A stretch of DNA of 64,000 nucleotides from Candidatus Saccharimonadota bacterium (GTDB taxonomy: Bacteria; Patescibacteriota; Saccharimonadia; Saccharimonadales; CAIOMD01). The stretch spans positions 63,276 through 127,275 of the forward strand of contig DALYDK010000002.1 in the NCBI GenBank assembly GCA_031973215.1, read 5' to 3'. This document shows, in pieces, positions 25,785-35,997 of this stretch (its first letter is position 1; the number at the start of each line of letters is the position of its first letter). Under the pieces are notes generated by a model that was given only the letters and a program-made list of their open reading frames with translations, did no database searches and had not been told where the DNA came from. The position numbers and the translations under genes were made by a program.

Positions 25785-27026
25785 CCTGTAAGTTTGCTGA
25801 GATATAATGTCCTCATGACTTATTGCAGTCTTACAAACTGAGCACTTCTCTTCTTTTGCGGATGATTTTATCCACATTATTGTTCCTCTTAGGAAGCCAG
25901 CAATATCTATATATCCAATTAAATCTGCGGCTAGCCTTATTAGCCAGCCAAAAAATCCATAGATATGATGGTTTTTATATTGAAATATAGCCCATCTCTT
26001 ACCGACCGGAATTGCTGTTTTTGGAATTTTGGGTTTGTACGGTTTTGTCGTTAGACTACCATCAAGACGCTGACTTATTTCTCTTGCAACATATTTAGCA
26101 TCGTTAACGGCAGTAAACGCAAGACCACTGTAGGGGGTTGCCGCATTGTCGCCAATAACAAAGCACCTGTTATCAACCCTGAGATGATCATCGACAATTA
26201 CCTTTCCAGCGCTATTAACTGGAAAATGATTTCTATGTTCTACGAACAATTTATTATTGCTAGTGCCGGCGGTCCATATTACCGTATGAGTCGATATTGC
26301 CTTGCCATTATAAATAAGGTTATTGTCTGTAGCGCTTTGTACCATTGAATTTAAATGAACAATTACACCTAATTCCCTTAATCTTTTTAGTACGATTCTA
26401 GACGACTTGGGAGAAGATTGAGGTATTAATCGGTTAGTAGCGTGCATTAACTCGATATTAACAGTCCGGTGTTTTATGCCGTGCCTTTGCATGATTTTTA
26501 AAATATAGCTGCTTAAAGCAGCCGATAGCTCAACTCCAGTTGGGCCACCACCAATTATGACAATATTTTTTTCGATTTTTTTTGGTGCGGTAATCACCTC
26601 ATGTAAATGTGCTTTGAATAGCCTAAGTTCTCTAAGCGACTTAATGCCATAGCTCATTTCTTTTATTCCAGATATATTGAAATAATTAGTTATAGCGCCG
26701 GATGAAATAACCAAATAATCATAATGAAGCTCAGCACCCGACTGAAGATGAACAATTCGCTTTGCTCGATCTATGTGAGCTGCACGACCCTTCTTAAATG
26801 TGACTGATGGCAAATCTTTTATTAGCTCAGAAATGGGTAAAATAGTATCTTTTTCTCGGTATCCTACGGCAACCCGATACATTGCAGGGCTGTATTTAAA
26901 ATGAGATTCGCTAGATACAAGAGTTACGCGAATTCTATCTTTTGGGATTTTTTTTAGTTTTCTGGCTAGAGCTACGCCGCCCCATCCGCCGCCAATTATG
27001 ACAACGTGTTTTCTTAACATAAGCAT
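25776..27026 (-). CDS. NDH-2-like FAD-dependent pyridine nucleotide-disulfide oxidoreductase
   Basis: VVIIGGGWGGVALARKL and IVIIGGGPTGVELSAAL dinucleotide folds, FVIGDNA. The C-terminal extension has a hydrophobic helix. Confidence 0.75.
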   Translation of the reverse strand: MLMLRKHVVIIGGGWGGVALARKLKKIPKDRIRVTLVSSESHFKYSPAMYRVAVGYREKDTILPISELIKDLPSVTFKKGRAAHIDRAKRIVHLQSGAELHYDYLVISSGAITNYFNISGIKEMSYGIKSLRELRLFKAHLHEVITAPKKIEKNIVIIGGGPTGVELSAALSSYILKIMQRHGIKHRTVNIELMHATNRLIPQSSPKSSRIVLKRLRELGVIVHLNSMVQSATDNNLIYNGKAISTHTVIWTAGTSNNKLFVEHRNHFPVNSAGKVIVDDHLRVDNRCFVIGDNAATPYSGLAFTAVNDAKYVAREISQRLDGSLTTKPYKPKIPKTAIPVGKRWAIFQYKNHHIYGFFGWLIRLAADLIGYIDIAGFLRGTIMWIKSSAKEEKCSVCKTAISHEDIISQQTYRLG

Positions 27027-27062
27027 ATTGTAACAGATACGGTGTAATGCTACTATATTTTA

Positions 27063-28715
27063 GTGAACATATTAAAACAAAAACTTCAGGAAATATTTAC
27101 TGGCGAAATTGAAGACGACAGTAATACTAAAGAATTCTACAGCCATGATGCAAGCATGTTTGAACTACAACCAGAATTGGTTGTGTACCCAAAAGATTCA
27201 AACGACTTAAAAAATTTAGTTAAGTTTGTAGCCGAGAAAAAAAGTGTACTACCAAATATTTCAATAACACCCAGAAGCGCAGGTACAGATATGTCAGGCG
27301 GTGCTATAGGTCAATCTATAGTAGTAGACTTTACCCGACACTTTAATAATATTGCCAATGTTTCAAAAAATGAGGCTCAGGTTCAACCCGGAACATATTA
27401 CCGTGATTTCGAAAAGAAAACCTTAGGTGTTGGGTCCTTAATGCCCAGTTATCCGGCGTCTAAAGATTTATGTACAGTAGGAGGAATGGTTGCAAATAAT
27501 TCCGGTGGAGAAAAATCACTTGAATTTGGTAAAACAGAAGATTTTATACAAGAGTTGAAAGTAATTTTTGCAGACGGTAACGAATATATCGTAAAACCAC
27601 TAACAAAAAAAGAGCTAGATAAAAAGATTGCTCAAAATGACTACGAGGGCAACATATATAAAAAAGTTTATGAACTGGTTGATAAAAACTATGAAGAAAT
27701 TAAAAATGCCCAACCCAAAGTAAGTAAAGACTCTACCGGCTATCATTTATGGAATGTATGGGATAGAGAAACTGGGGTATTTGACCTTACTAGACTTATT
27801 ACCGGATCACAGGGAACTCTTGGGTTAATAACTGATATAAAATTCCGACTAGTCCCTGCCCCAAAACATTCGGGCACTCTAGTGATATTCTTAAGAGATA
27901 CTGATGACCTAGGATATTTAATTAATAAAGTCCTGGACCACAAACCAGCTACTTTCGAAGGATTTGATAATTATACACTTATGCTAAGTTTTAAACTTTT
28001 CTTCTATTTCCGAAAAACACTTGGTTGGTTAGAGACCATAAAGTTGGGAATCCAGCTTATTCCAGATGCTTTAATGCTTTTTAGGGGCATTCCAAAAATG
28101 GTCCTTATGGTTGAATTTACAGGTAATGATCAGTCAGAAATAGCCGAAAAGGTCCACAATATGAAAAAAGACCTTAAACTTTTTAAACACGAAGCCCTGT
28201 TCGAAGAGGACGAAAATGAAGCTAAGGCAAAAAAGTTCTGGATTATGCGAAGACAAAGCTTTCAGCTACTGCGAAGCAAAGTCAAAGACAAGCATACGGC
28301 ACCATTTATGGACGATCTGGTAGTCCCGCCTGAAGTACTGCCAAAATTCTTGCCCGAAGTAAGAGAAATTATTAACCGCTATAAGCTACTGGCTACCATA
28401 GCCGGACACATGGGCGACGGAAATTTTCATATAATTCCTTTAATGAAAATTGAAGATAAAAATGAGAAAGCTAAACTTGAGCCAGCCATGAAAGAAATAA
28501 CTGCTCTTGTACTTAAATATAACGGAAGCCTGAGCGGCGAGCATAATGACGGTATGATTAGAGGGCCTTGGCTAGAAGCTATGTATGGTAAAACAATTTG
28601 GAACTACTTTAGAGAAACAAAACAAATTTTTGATCCCGAAAATATCTTCAACCCTCACAAAAAAACTGACAGTAATTGGTCGTTTAGTATGAAACATTTG
28701 CGCGAGCACTTTTAG
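27063..28715 (+). CDS. FAD-binding (PCMH-type) oxidase/dehydrogenase, GlcD/D-lactate dehydrogenase-like
   Basis: 550 aa, GTG start. ITPRSAGTDMSGGA, LCTVGGMVANNSGGEKS, GSQGTLGLITD, GSLSGEHNDG. Confidence 0.75.
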   Translation: MNILKQKLQEIFTGEIEDDSNTKEFYSHDASMFELQPELVVYPKDSNDLKNLVKFVAEKKSVLPNISITPRSAGTDMSGGAIGQSIVVDFTRHFNNIANVSKNEAQVQPGTYYRDFEKKTLGVGSLMPSYPASKDLCTVGGMVANNSGGEKSLEFGKTEDFIQELKVIFADGNEYIVKPLTKKELDKKIAQNDYEGNIYKKVYELVDKNYEEIKNAQPKVSKDSTGYHLWNVWDRETGVFDLTRLITGSQGTLGLITDIKFRLVPAPKHSGTLVIFLRDTDDLGYLINKVLDHKPATFEGFDNYTLMLSFKLFFYFRKTLGWLETIKLGIQLIPDALMLFRGIPKMVLMVEFTGNDQSEIAEKVHNMKKDLKLFKHEALFEEDENEAKAKKFWIMRRQSFQLLRSKVKDKHTAPFMDDLVVPPEVLPKFLPEVREIINRYKLLATIAGHMGDGNFHIIPLMKIEDKNEKAKLEPAMKEITALVLKYNGSLSGEHNDGMIRGPWLEAMYGKTIWNYFRETKQIFDPENIFNPHKKTDSNWSFSMKHLREHF

Positions 28716-28750
28716 AATCTGCTAAAATAATATTATTAACAATTTAGTAT

Positions 28751-28890
28751 CACGAGTGCGAGGAGAGAACTAGCTCTATGATCCGCCGGCAACCTGCTGA
28801 AAATGCAAGGTGCTCCATCTAGCCATAATTTTTTGGGAAGATAACAAGACAATCCTTTCTAAGCACTCGTGGCAAATTTATGAAAGGATT
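28751..28890 (+). promoter_or_regulatory. SAM-I (S-box) riboswitch with SD-sequestering expression platform
   Basis: P1 is CACGAGTGC/GCACTCGTG (28751-28759/28863-28871). Core GAGGAGAGAACTAGCTCTATGATCCGCCGGCAACC...AAGGTGCT. AATCCTTTC (28851-28859) is complementary to GAAAGGATT (28882-28890), which covers the metK RBS. Confidence 0.8.
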
Positions 28891-28895
28891 TTTTT

Positions 28896-30026
28896 ATGCC
28901 TAATTACCATTTAGTTAGTGAATCAGTCTGCAAAGGCCACCCTGATAAACTAGCTGACCAAATAAGTGACGGAATTTTAGATGCGGCACTTCAGCAAGAT
29001 AAAAATTCTAGAGTTGCCGTCGAAACCTTACTAGCCAAAGATCTTATTGTACTAGCTGGCGAAATAACAACAGATGCATCTATTGACTATGAGTCAATTG
29101 CAAGAAAAATCATAAAGCAGAATGGATATGACAAGCCGGAATGGGGCTTTTCAGATGAATCTAAAATATTGGTAAATATACATAAACAATCTCCTGAAAT
29201 AGCAAAAGGCGTAGATAAGAAATTTAAAAAAGGATCATTAGGCGCCGGTGACCAGGGCTTTGCTTATGGTTACGCCTGTGTTGAAACCAAAAATTTTATG
29301 CCTCTGCCAATTGAAATGGCCCATAAAATAACAAAGAGCATAGATAATCATAGAGAAAGTGGGCAAATCTCTAATTTACGCCCAGATGGAAAATCTCAAA
29401 TCACAATAGAATACAAAAATGGAAAACCATACAAACTAAAACACGTAACAGTCGCAGTGCCTCACGATCCAACTAAAGAGCTCAGCGACTTAAGGCAAGA
29501 ATTAAAAACTAAAATTATTCAACCTATTGTAAATGATTACGGTTTTAGCCTGCCTAATGACGCGAATATTATTATTAACGGTACCGGCGTTTGGCATCAA
29601 CCTGGTCCTGCATCCGACACGGGTCTAACGGGTAGAAAAATTGTCGTAGATACATACGGAGGCGCATCGAAAGTAGGTGGTGGAGCTTTCAGCGGCAAAG
29701 ATCCAAGCAAAATAGATAGATCGGCAGCTTACTTAGCTAGATATTTAGCAAAAAATATCGTAGTAAACGGCCTTGCAGAGAAAGCGGAAATCAGTCTAGC
29801 CTACTATATTGGGGCAAGGCAAGCAATATTCCAAGACATTAATACTTTCGGAACAGAAAATTATAAAATTAGCACTATAAAAAACTATTTAAATAAAATA
29901 TCAAACACAGAAGTCAGTCATATAATAGAACTTTTCTCTTTAAATTCAATACACTACATTGAAACAGCTGAAAATGGGCATTTTGGTAAGTCGAAATTTC
30001 CGTGGGAAAAAGTAATTAATTTATAA
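28896..30026 (+). CDS. metK: S-adenosylmethionine synthetase
   Basis: SESVCKGHPDKLADQISD, GAGDQG, GTGVW, DTYGG, GAFSGKDPSKIDRSAAY. Confidence 0.93.
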   Translation: MPNYHLVSESVCKGHPDKLADQISDGILDAALQQDKNSRVAVETLLAKDLIVLAGEITTDASIDYESIARKIIKQNGYDKPEWGFSDESKILVNIHKQSPEIAKGVDKKFKKGSLGAGDQGFAYGYACVETKNFMPLPIEMAHKITKSIDNHRESGQISNLRPDGKSQITIEYKNGKPYKLKHVTVAVPHDPTKELSDLRQELKTKIIQPIVNDYGFSLPNDANIIINGTGVWHQPGPASDTGLTGRKIVVDTYGGASKVGGGAFSGKDPSKIDRSAAYLARYLAKNIVVNGLAEKAEISLAYYIGARQAIFQDINTFGTENYKISTIKNYLNKISNTEVSHIIELFSLNSIHYIETAENGHFGKSKFPWEKVINL

Positions 30027-30080
30027 TGCTTAACTTTTTGTTATAATTAGCTATATAAATATTAACAAATAGGAGTAAAA

Positions 30081-30731
30081 GTGAAAACTAAGCTAAGGAT
30101 TTTGCCTGTGCTTGTATTAGTCCTTACCGTATTAGGACTTCAGTCTTTTACTTATGCAATGGAAGGCAACGGACAAGAACCTTCTGAGAGCAATAATAGC
30201 ACTGAAGTCGAACTTAACAACAAACAAAAATTAGAAGAACAAAAGGCTCTCGCCAAAGAAAAATATGAGCAAGCAAAACAAAAAGCCCAAGAGGCTTTAG
30301 ACAAAAAAAAGGAGATGGCTAAAACAAAAAGTCTGGAACAAAGACAAAAAGCTTGCCAAAATTTATCTTCGGTTTTAAGTGATAAGCTATCCAACAGGCA
30401 GGATAAGGCAGTTGAGTTTAAAACTAAGCTTGACGGCCATCTTGCTAAAATAACCAATTTTGTAGAAAAAAATAATCTTGAATTTGCAGATTATGAAAAT
30501 TTAGTCACTAAAGCACAGAGCGCCGGAATACAAGCGCAGGCACAAATAGATAGCATAGTCCAATATAAACCGAGCCTAGACTGTTCTAATCCAGAAAAAG
30601 TTTCCGAGTCAGTTAGTAGTTTCAAAGAAAGTCTTGCCGGCACCAAAGAAAGCCTAAAGACATATCGAGATAGTATTAAACAATTACTTATAGCAGTTAA
30701 GCAGCAGGCTTCGGAACAGGGGGCCTTATAA
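30081..30731 (+). CDS. Secreted coiled-coil protein, hypothetical
   Basis: Signal peptide (LRILPVLVLVLTVLGLQSFTYA), Lys/Glu/Gln-rich heptad-like sequence, two Cys residues. Confidence 0.55.
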   Translation: MKTKLRILPVLVLVLTVLGLQSFTYAMEGNGQEPSESNNSTEVELNNKQKLEEQKALAKEKYEQAKQKAQEALDKKKEMAKTKSLEQRQKACQNLSSVLSDKLSNRQDKAVEFKTKLDGHLAKITNFVEKNNLEFADYENLVTKAQSAGIQAQAQIDSIVQYKPSLDCSNPEKVSESVSSFKESLAGTKESLKTYRDSIKQLLIAVKQQASEQGAL

Positions 30732-31000
30732 TGAAAAAAATGCAAAATGGCTTTCTTGCGCTCCCTGTTATTGCGGCTATTGTTGTAATAGTAATTGTTT
30801 TAGCGGCGGGGTTCGCAGTCGTTAATCAAAAAAACCAAAAAACTGCAGAAACAACTTCTTCAGAATCTAACAGCGAAACAAAAGCACAATCTAGTAACCA
30901 AACCACGGTGAACGAAATCGAATCTGACATTCAAGGAGTAAATCTTGAAGGCGAACTTCCAGTAGATGACTTAGATCAGGACATAAATAATCTGCTATGA
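30731..31000 (+). CDS. Small membrane-anchored hypothetical protein
   Basis: 89 aa. One TM (LALPVIAAIVVIVIVLAAGFAVV), acidic C-terminus. The start overlaps the upstream stop (TAATGA). Confidence 0.5.
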   Translation: MKKMQNGFLALPVIAAIVVIVIVLAAGFAVVNQKNQKTAETTSSESNSETKAQSSNQTTVNEIESDIQGVNLEGELPVDDLDQDINNLL

Positions 31001-31461
31001 AAATCTTAGAATTAATCCAAAACAGTAAGCCATTCAAATTAGTTGCCGATAATGCCCATTACGAAATTTGGGCTTTAGCAGTTGCGAGTATTTTTGGTAG
31101 CCTGTATTTTAGCGAAATTAAAGAACTACCGCCATGCAATCTCTGCTGGTGGCTAAGAATACTGCTGTATCCAATAGCATTTATTATGACCGTGGCAATT
31201 ATCAGAAAAAGCTTTCAAAATATCTATTACGAGGTACTTGCTTTGGCTATTCCAGCCACTCTTCTTAGTTTTTATCATAGCTTACTTCAGTGGGGCGTAA
31301 TTAAAGAAGCGCAGGTACTCTGCTCTTCAACGGCCGCAGTTCCTTGCGATAAACCAGACTTTTTATTTCTGGGTTTTATAACAATCCCATTCCTTGGTTT
31401 TCTAACATCACTTGGAATTTCAGCTCTTAGTTTTATAGCTATCTACACACAAAAAGATTAA
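30997..31461 (+). CDS. Disulfide bond formation protein B family (DsbB/BdbC-like)
   Basis: 154 aa, 4 TM. First loop PPCNLCWWLRILLYP (CxxC) and second-loop Cys pair (CSSTAAVPC). Confidence 0.75.
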   Translation: MKILELIQNSKPFKLVADNAHYEIWALAVASIFGSLYFSEIKELPPCNLCWWLRILLYPIAFIMTVAIIRKSFQNIYYEVLALAIPATLLSFYHSLLQWGVIKEAQVLCSSTAAVPCDKPDFLFLGFITIPFLGFLTSLGISALSFIAIYTQKD

Positions 31462-32570
31462 ATATTTTTAGTTTCTAAAGCCTTTTGTTTTTTGGTAAAT
31501 TTTACAAATTCAACATAGTTATCAATTGTTGTTACTGCCACTATCATCAGAACAGGTCCAATTACTATACCCATGAAACCAAAAAGTCCGATGCCTGCAA
31601 AAACTGACATCATTAGCAAAGCCGAGTCTAGACGAGCTGTTTTAGGAACAAACTTTGGTCTCAAAACATTATCTATATTAGTCACAATAAGAATATGGCC
31701 AAGAATTAACAATAGACCTTGCCAAATATTTCCGGTTAAAATCAGGACAACTCCCAAAGGAATAACAATTATTCCGCCCCCCAAAGGTATTATTGAAAGA
31801 AAAGTAATTAGCACAAACCAGAAAATAAAGAAATCAATTCCAACTATTTTTAATAAAGCAGCATCTACAAAACCTTGTGCAATAGCAATCATAAATTGCC
31901 CTTTTACCATTGCGGTTGTCATGGCGCCCATTCTTGCTAAATACCTCTTGGTAGACTCATCGCCCAATGGGTTTAGTGTATGAATAATATCGAAAATTTT
32001 TGCCTGATTCTTAAGAAGTGATAAGAAAATAAAAATAAAGAGAATAGACTTTGTAATCAATGAAGACAAGCCCCCGGCAACTCCAGTAAGCATATGAATT
32101 GCTGATTGGGCTATTTTTGAAGCATTTTCCTTCAACCAATCAGTAATCTGACCAATTTTTATAGTCTCTGGCCCAAGCGAAGGTAGCTTATCGAGCTGTT
32201 GATTGGCATTGCTTATTAGGTTTTGAACGGTATTATATAATCCACCACTTCCCTTTGCAGCCTTCTCGACTATATCCACAAGTTGAAGAGCTTGGTCAAC
32301 CGTTATAACCACTAATATTGCTACAGGAATAGCAACCGAAAAAACAACTAACACAAATGTTGTCCCAGCGGACAAACCGGCTTTTCCATTTGTTTTTTTG
32401 AGCATCCATAAATAAAACGGGTTAAACAAAAAAGCCAAAATTGCCGCAAGAGCAATAATTACAAAATAATCTTTCAAAAACCATAAGGTGAAAACAAGAG
32501 CAATAATTACCGATATCACCAATGGCAATCTGTACTTATTAAAATCTAGTTTGTTATTCTTATTCGTCAT
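31458..32570 (-). CDS. AI-2E family transporter (PerM/UPF0118), copy 1
   Basis: 370 aa, about 8 TM. Conserved C-terminal region ITFLSIIPLGGGIIVIPLG...LRPKFV...GLFGFMGIVIGPV. Confidence 0.8.
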   Translation of the reverse strand: MTNKNNKLDFNKYRLPLVISVIIALVFTLWFLKDYFVIIALAAILAFLFNPFYLWMLKKTNGKAGLSAGTTFVLVVFSVAIPVAILVVITVDQALQLVDIVEKAAKGSGGLYNTVQNLISNANQQLDKLPSLGPETIKIGQITDWLKENASKIAQSAIHMLTGVAGGLSSLITKSILFIFIFLSLLKNQAKIFDIIHTLNPLGDESTKRYLARMGAMTTAMVKGQFMIAIAQGFVDAALLKIVGIDFFIFWFVLITFLSIIPLGGGIIVIPLGVVLILTGNIWQGLLLILGHILIVTNIDNVLRPKFVPKTARLDSALLMMSVFAGIGLFGFMGIVIGPVLMIVAVTTIDNYVEFVKFTKKQKALETKNI

Positions 32571-32681
32571 TTATTAACTTAAATAATAGGTTACAGTCAA
32601 CTTTATAGTCAATATTGCATTAATTATATATTGTTTTTTACTAGTAATTATTATATTGTAGCTGTAAATAAGGAATTATAT

Positions 32682-33950
32682 ATGGCCAAGAAAAATTCAA
32701 CAACCAAGACCAAAGAACAACTACTAGAAGAAAATAGAATACTTGCACAAAAGTTAGAAAAGCTTAGCGATAAAAATTCAACAAATAACCATAAAGGTGG
32801 CTTTAAAAAGTTCATAAAAGGCTTGTCTATAACTTTATTGGTTATTATTGCTACCCTCAGTTTCATTGCGCTGAATATGTCGTTTTGGGTAAAAAGAACT
32901 ATTACTAATACCGACCAATTTGTAGCAACAGCTCAACCGCTTCTATCTGAGCCCGCCATAACCGAAAACATCTCTACCAAGCTGTCTAACGAACTATTTA
33001 GTAATGTAGATGTCGAGCAAAGGCTGGCAGAATCATTGCCCGAAAACATAAAATTTTTAGCCGGCCCTCTTAGTTCACAAATTGAAGGATTTACAAAATC
33101 TCAAATTAACAAGGCCTTGCAGTCAAATGAGGCTCAAAAAATTTGGGGCGAAATATTAAGATCAAGTCAGTCAACAATAATCTCCTACTTAAAGAACGAC
33201 TCAAACAACGGAGTTATAACCTTAAACAGCATTTATAGCTATGCAAGTAATAACCTAGAAAACTCACAGATTAGCTTTTTGCTCAATAAAAATATTCCAC
33301 CAAAAGTAGGAAATATCCAAATTGCAGATATTAAAGCAGTACCCCAGGCAAAAACTTATCTAAATTACATAGAAAGGGCACCGCAGGTTCTATTTGCATT
33401 ATTAATTGTATCTATTGCCCTTAGCATTTTCTTGGCAAAAAATCGCCGAAAAACAGGTATAGTCATTGTCAGTATATTATTCATTGCCAGCTTGGTAATG
33501 CTTGGTTCGATAAACATTGGGGAAAACCAGGTCAGTGAAATAGCTAAGCCAGAAAATAAAGATGCTGCTTTAGCTATATACAATACATTCTCAAAATCTA
33601 TGGTTTCTCAGACGCAAGGTTTATTATGGCTAACCGGCTCAATTCTTTTGGTCTTTTTGGTCACCTCTAAGGCTTCGTTTATTACTGTGTCAAAAAAGTT
33701 TATAAGAAAATATTTAGACATTGTTATCAATAAACTACTACCCCAATTTACCGCTCCTAAAACAATACTAGCAGTAGAAAAAAATAGATTTATAACAGAA
33801 GTAGCTTTTTCCGTAGGCTGTTTCATAGGTTTTGGGCTTAGAATCCCTCCGACTAAACAAGGAATGATTAACTCGATTATATCTGCCGTAATCGCAGTTA
33901 TTGTCATCGAGATAGTAGCGGGAGTTGCCAGAGTAAGATCTGCAAAATAA
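32682..33950 (+). CDS. Hypothetical membrane protein
   Basis: ATG at 32682 preceded by AAGGAA. The track start at 32631 is a TTG extension. N-terminal coiled segment, TM, large extracytoplasmic domain, then about 4 C-terminal TM. Confidence 0.55.
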   Translation: MAKKNSTTKTKEQLLEENRILAQKLEKLSDKNSTNNHKGGFKKFIKGLSITLLVIIATLSFIALNMSFWVKRTITNTDQFVATAQPLLSEPAITENISTKLSNELFSNVDVEQRLAESLPENIKFLAGPLSSQIEGFTKSQINKALQSNEAQKIWGEILRSSQSTIISYLKNDSNNGVITLNSIYSYASNNLENSQISFLLNKNIPPKVGNIQIADIKAVPQAKTYLNYIERAPQVLFALLIVSIALSIFLAKNRRKTGIVIVSILFIASLVMLGSINIGENQVSEIAKPENKDAALAIYNTFSKSMVSQTQGLLWLTGSILLVFLVTSKASFITVSKKFIRKYLDIVINKLLPQFTAPKTILAVEKNRFITEVAFSVGCFIGFGLRIPPTKQGMINSIISAVIAVIVIEIVAGVARVRSAK

Positions 33951-33984
33951 AGTCTACTTTCGTCAGTGTTATACTGATACATAA

Positions 33985-35079
33985 ATGAATAGTAGCAAAA
34001 TTCCTACATGGGTACTTAGGTTGGTAATTGGGATATTCCTGTCTTTGTTATTGCTGGTATTTTCGGTTTATATACTCTGGAAGCTTTCAACTATTGTCAG
34101 CATAATTGTTATAGCACTGTTTCTATCTTTCGCTATCGAGCCCTTTGTAAACTATTTAGTAGAAAAAGGCTGGAAAAGAAATGTAGCTTCGTTAACAGTA
34201 ATTCTACTATTTGTTTCTGTTGCCATACTGTTACTTATAGGCATGGTTCCGCTTGTAATTGATCAGTTCGGAAATATTTCAGACAGAATCCCTCAGTGGA
34301 GCACCCAAATTAATAGCTACTTAAACGGTTGGTTTGGGCTAAATATAGACATAGAGGGCATCTACGCCAGCTTGAGCCAAAACAATACCCTTAGTGCCGT
34401 TGGATTGAATATTGCAAATAATGTAATAGCAATAAGTAAACAATTAATTTTTGCGTTCATTCAAATATTTTCAGTGATTATTCTGACATACTATTTTGTT
34501 GCAGATGCTCCCAGATTAAGAAGATTAATCTGTTCCTTTTTGCCAGCTAAACAGCAAAAGTTTCTTCTAGACACTTGGGAACTTGCAATTTCTAAAACTG
34601 GTAATTTTATGTATTCACGAGGGCTACTGGGCTTATTGTCGGCTTTATTTACGTTAATTGTATTACTTATCCTTGGTGTTCCTTTTGCTCTGCCTTTGGC
34701 ATTATGGATGGGTGTAGTATCTCAATTTTTACCAGTAATTGGAACTTTTATTGCCGCCTCCCTTCCTCTTCTTGTGGCGTTCATTAATAGCCCAAGAGAC
34801 GCTCTAATATTGCTAATACTGATAATTATTTATCAGCAATTTGAAAACTATATTATAGGACCGAAAATTACGTCACACACAATGGAGATGCATCCTGCGG
34901 TGGCCTTATTGGCGGTGCTCATAGGAGCAACTGTCGCTGGAGTAGTAGGCGCGCTAGTAGCTTTGCCTGTCGCAGCTATACTTCAAGAAATATTCAAGGC
35001 ATACATCAAAAGACATGAACTCATCGAGTCTAAACTTCTTAAACACCCAATAAAAAAACAACCTAAGAAAACTCCTTGA
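33985..35079 (+). CDS. AI-2E family transporter (PerM/UPF0118), copy 2
   Basis: 364 aa. FLPVIGTFIAASLPLLVAF...IIGPKITSHTMEMHP...VAGVVGALVALPV. Confidence 0.8.
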   Translation: MNSSKIPTWVLRLVIGIFLSLLLLVFSVYILWKLSTIVSIIVIALFLSFAIEPFVNYLVEKGWKRNVASLTVILLFVSVAILLLIGMVPLVIDQFGNISDRIPQWSTQINSYLNGWFGLNIDIEGIYASLSQNNTLSAVGLNIANNVIAISKQLIFAFIQIFSVIILTYYFVADAPRLRRLICSFLPAKQQKFLLDTWELAISKTGNFMYSRGLLGLLSALFTLIVLLILGVPFALPLALWMGVVSQFLPVIGTFIAASLPLLVAFINSPRDALILLILIIIYQQFENYIIGPKITSHTMEMHPAVALLAVLIGATVAGVVGALVALPVAAILQEIFKAYIKRHELIESKLLKHPIKKQPKKTP

Positions 35080-35132
35080 CACTCGAGCCAAAAGAAATTA
35101 CATTGAAGATATAAAATAAAGGAGGCTATTAA

Positions 35133-35723
35133 ATGGCAACTAAAAGTGTGGAAGTTTTTGAGTTCGATGAAACTTCTAAAAAATCTTGGTGGACCCTCGT
35201 GGTTGGAGGAGTAGTATCGGTTCTCTTCGGTTTCGTGGCAATGATTTGGCCAGGTATTACCGTTGGAGTACTTGCGCTATTACTTGCAGTTTTCTTAGGT
35301 GTAGTAGGTGTTTTGGATATCGTCAGATCATTTAGGAAGTTTAACCATAGCTTCATGTCTGGATTTGTATCATTACTACTAGGAGTTCTAAGTGTAGGAG
35401 TTTCAGTATTTCTACTAAGCCGAGTAGGTAGTGGACTTGCGGTTGCAACACTGGCACTATTAGTAGCAATAAGCTTTATAGTCCGTGGAGTTCTAGGGAT
35501 GATACTTGCATTTGATTCTTCAGAATCGTCAAACGGCACCAGATGGATGAACGGTATCGTCGGCGCCTTAGCTATTGTGGCAGGACTAGCAATAGTTTGG
35601 TACCCAGTAGAGGGAACCCTTGTTTGGGTTTGGGTAGTAGGATTGTTCTCAATAATTGCAGGAGCATTCGAGATTGCCCTTGGCTTTATGGCAAAAGACG
35701 CACTTGAAAAGTCAAATAAGTAA
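35133..35723 (+). CDS. HdeD-family (DUF308) membrane protein
   Basis: 196 aa. AGGAGG RBS. Repeated DUF308-type helices (WWTLVVGGVVSVLFGFVAMIWPG...; GIVGALAIVAGLAIVWYP). Confidence 0.75.
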   Translation: MATKSVEVFEFDETSKKSWWTLVVGGVVSVLFGFVAMIWPGITVGVLALLLAVFLGVVGVLDIVRSFRKFNHSFMSGFVSLLLGVLSVGVSVFLLSRVGSGLAVATLALLVAISFIVRGVLGMILAFDSSESSNGTRWMNGIVGALAIVAGLAIVWYPVEGTLVWVWVVGLFSIIAGAFEIALGFMAKDALEKSNK

Positions 35724-35743
35724 CAATTAAAGTACTACATTTT

Positions 35744-35776
35744 AAAAAACCTAAACTCTAGCAGTTTAGGTTTTTT
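35744..35776 (+). terminator. Intrinsic terminator
   Basis: AACCTAAACT-ctagc-AGTTTAGGTT followed by TTTT, preceded by an A-run. Confidence 0.8.
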
Positions 35777-35799
35777 ATAAATTAACCTGATGCTACAAT

Positions 35800-35997
35800 A
35801 TGGTTATGCAAACCATTCTCATAATTTTAGTTGCAATATCCTTACTAATAGCAATATTCTTAATAACGCAAACAAAAAGACACACCTCTCATTCAACAGT
35901 TGAAAAAAAAGTAAATGATTTTCTTGAAGAACATTTAGAAATACACAAGTCTAAAAAAATAACAAAAGCTAGCAAAAATACGAGTTCTAAAAAATGA
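35800..35997 (+). CDS. Small single-TM hypothetical protein
   Basis: 65 aa. One TM (ILIILVAISLLIAIFLI), Lys-rich tail. The stop overlaps the rmuC start (ATGA). Confidence 0.45.
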   Translation: MVMQTILIILVAISLLIAIFLITQTKRHTSHSTVEKKVNDFLEEHLEIHKSKKITKASKNTSSKK

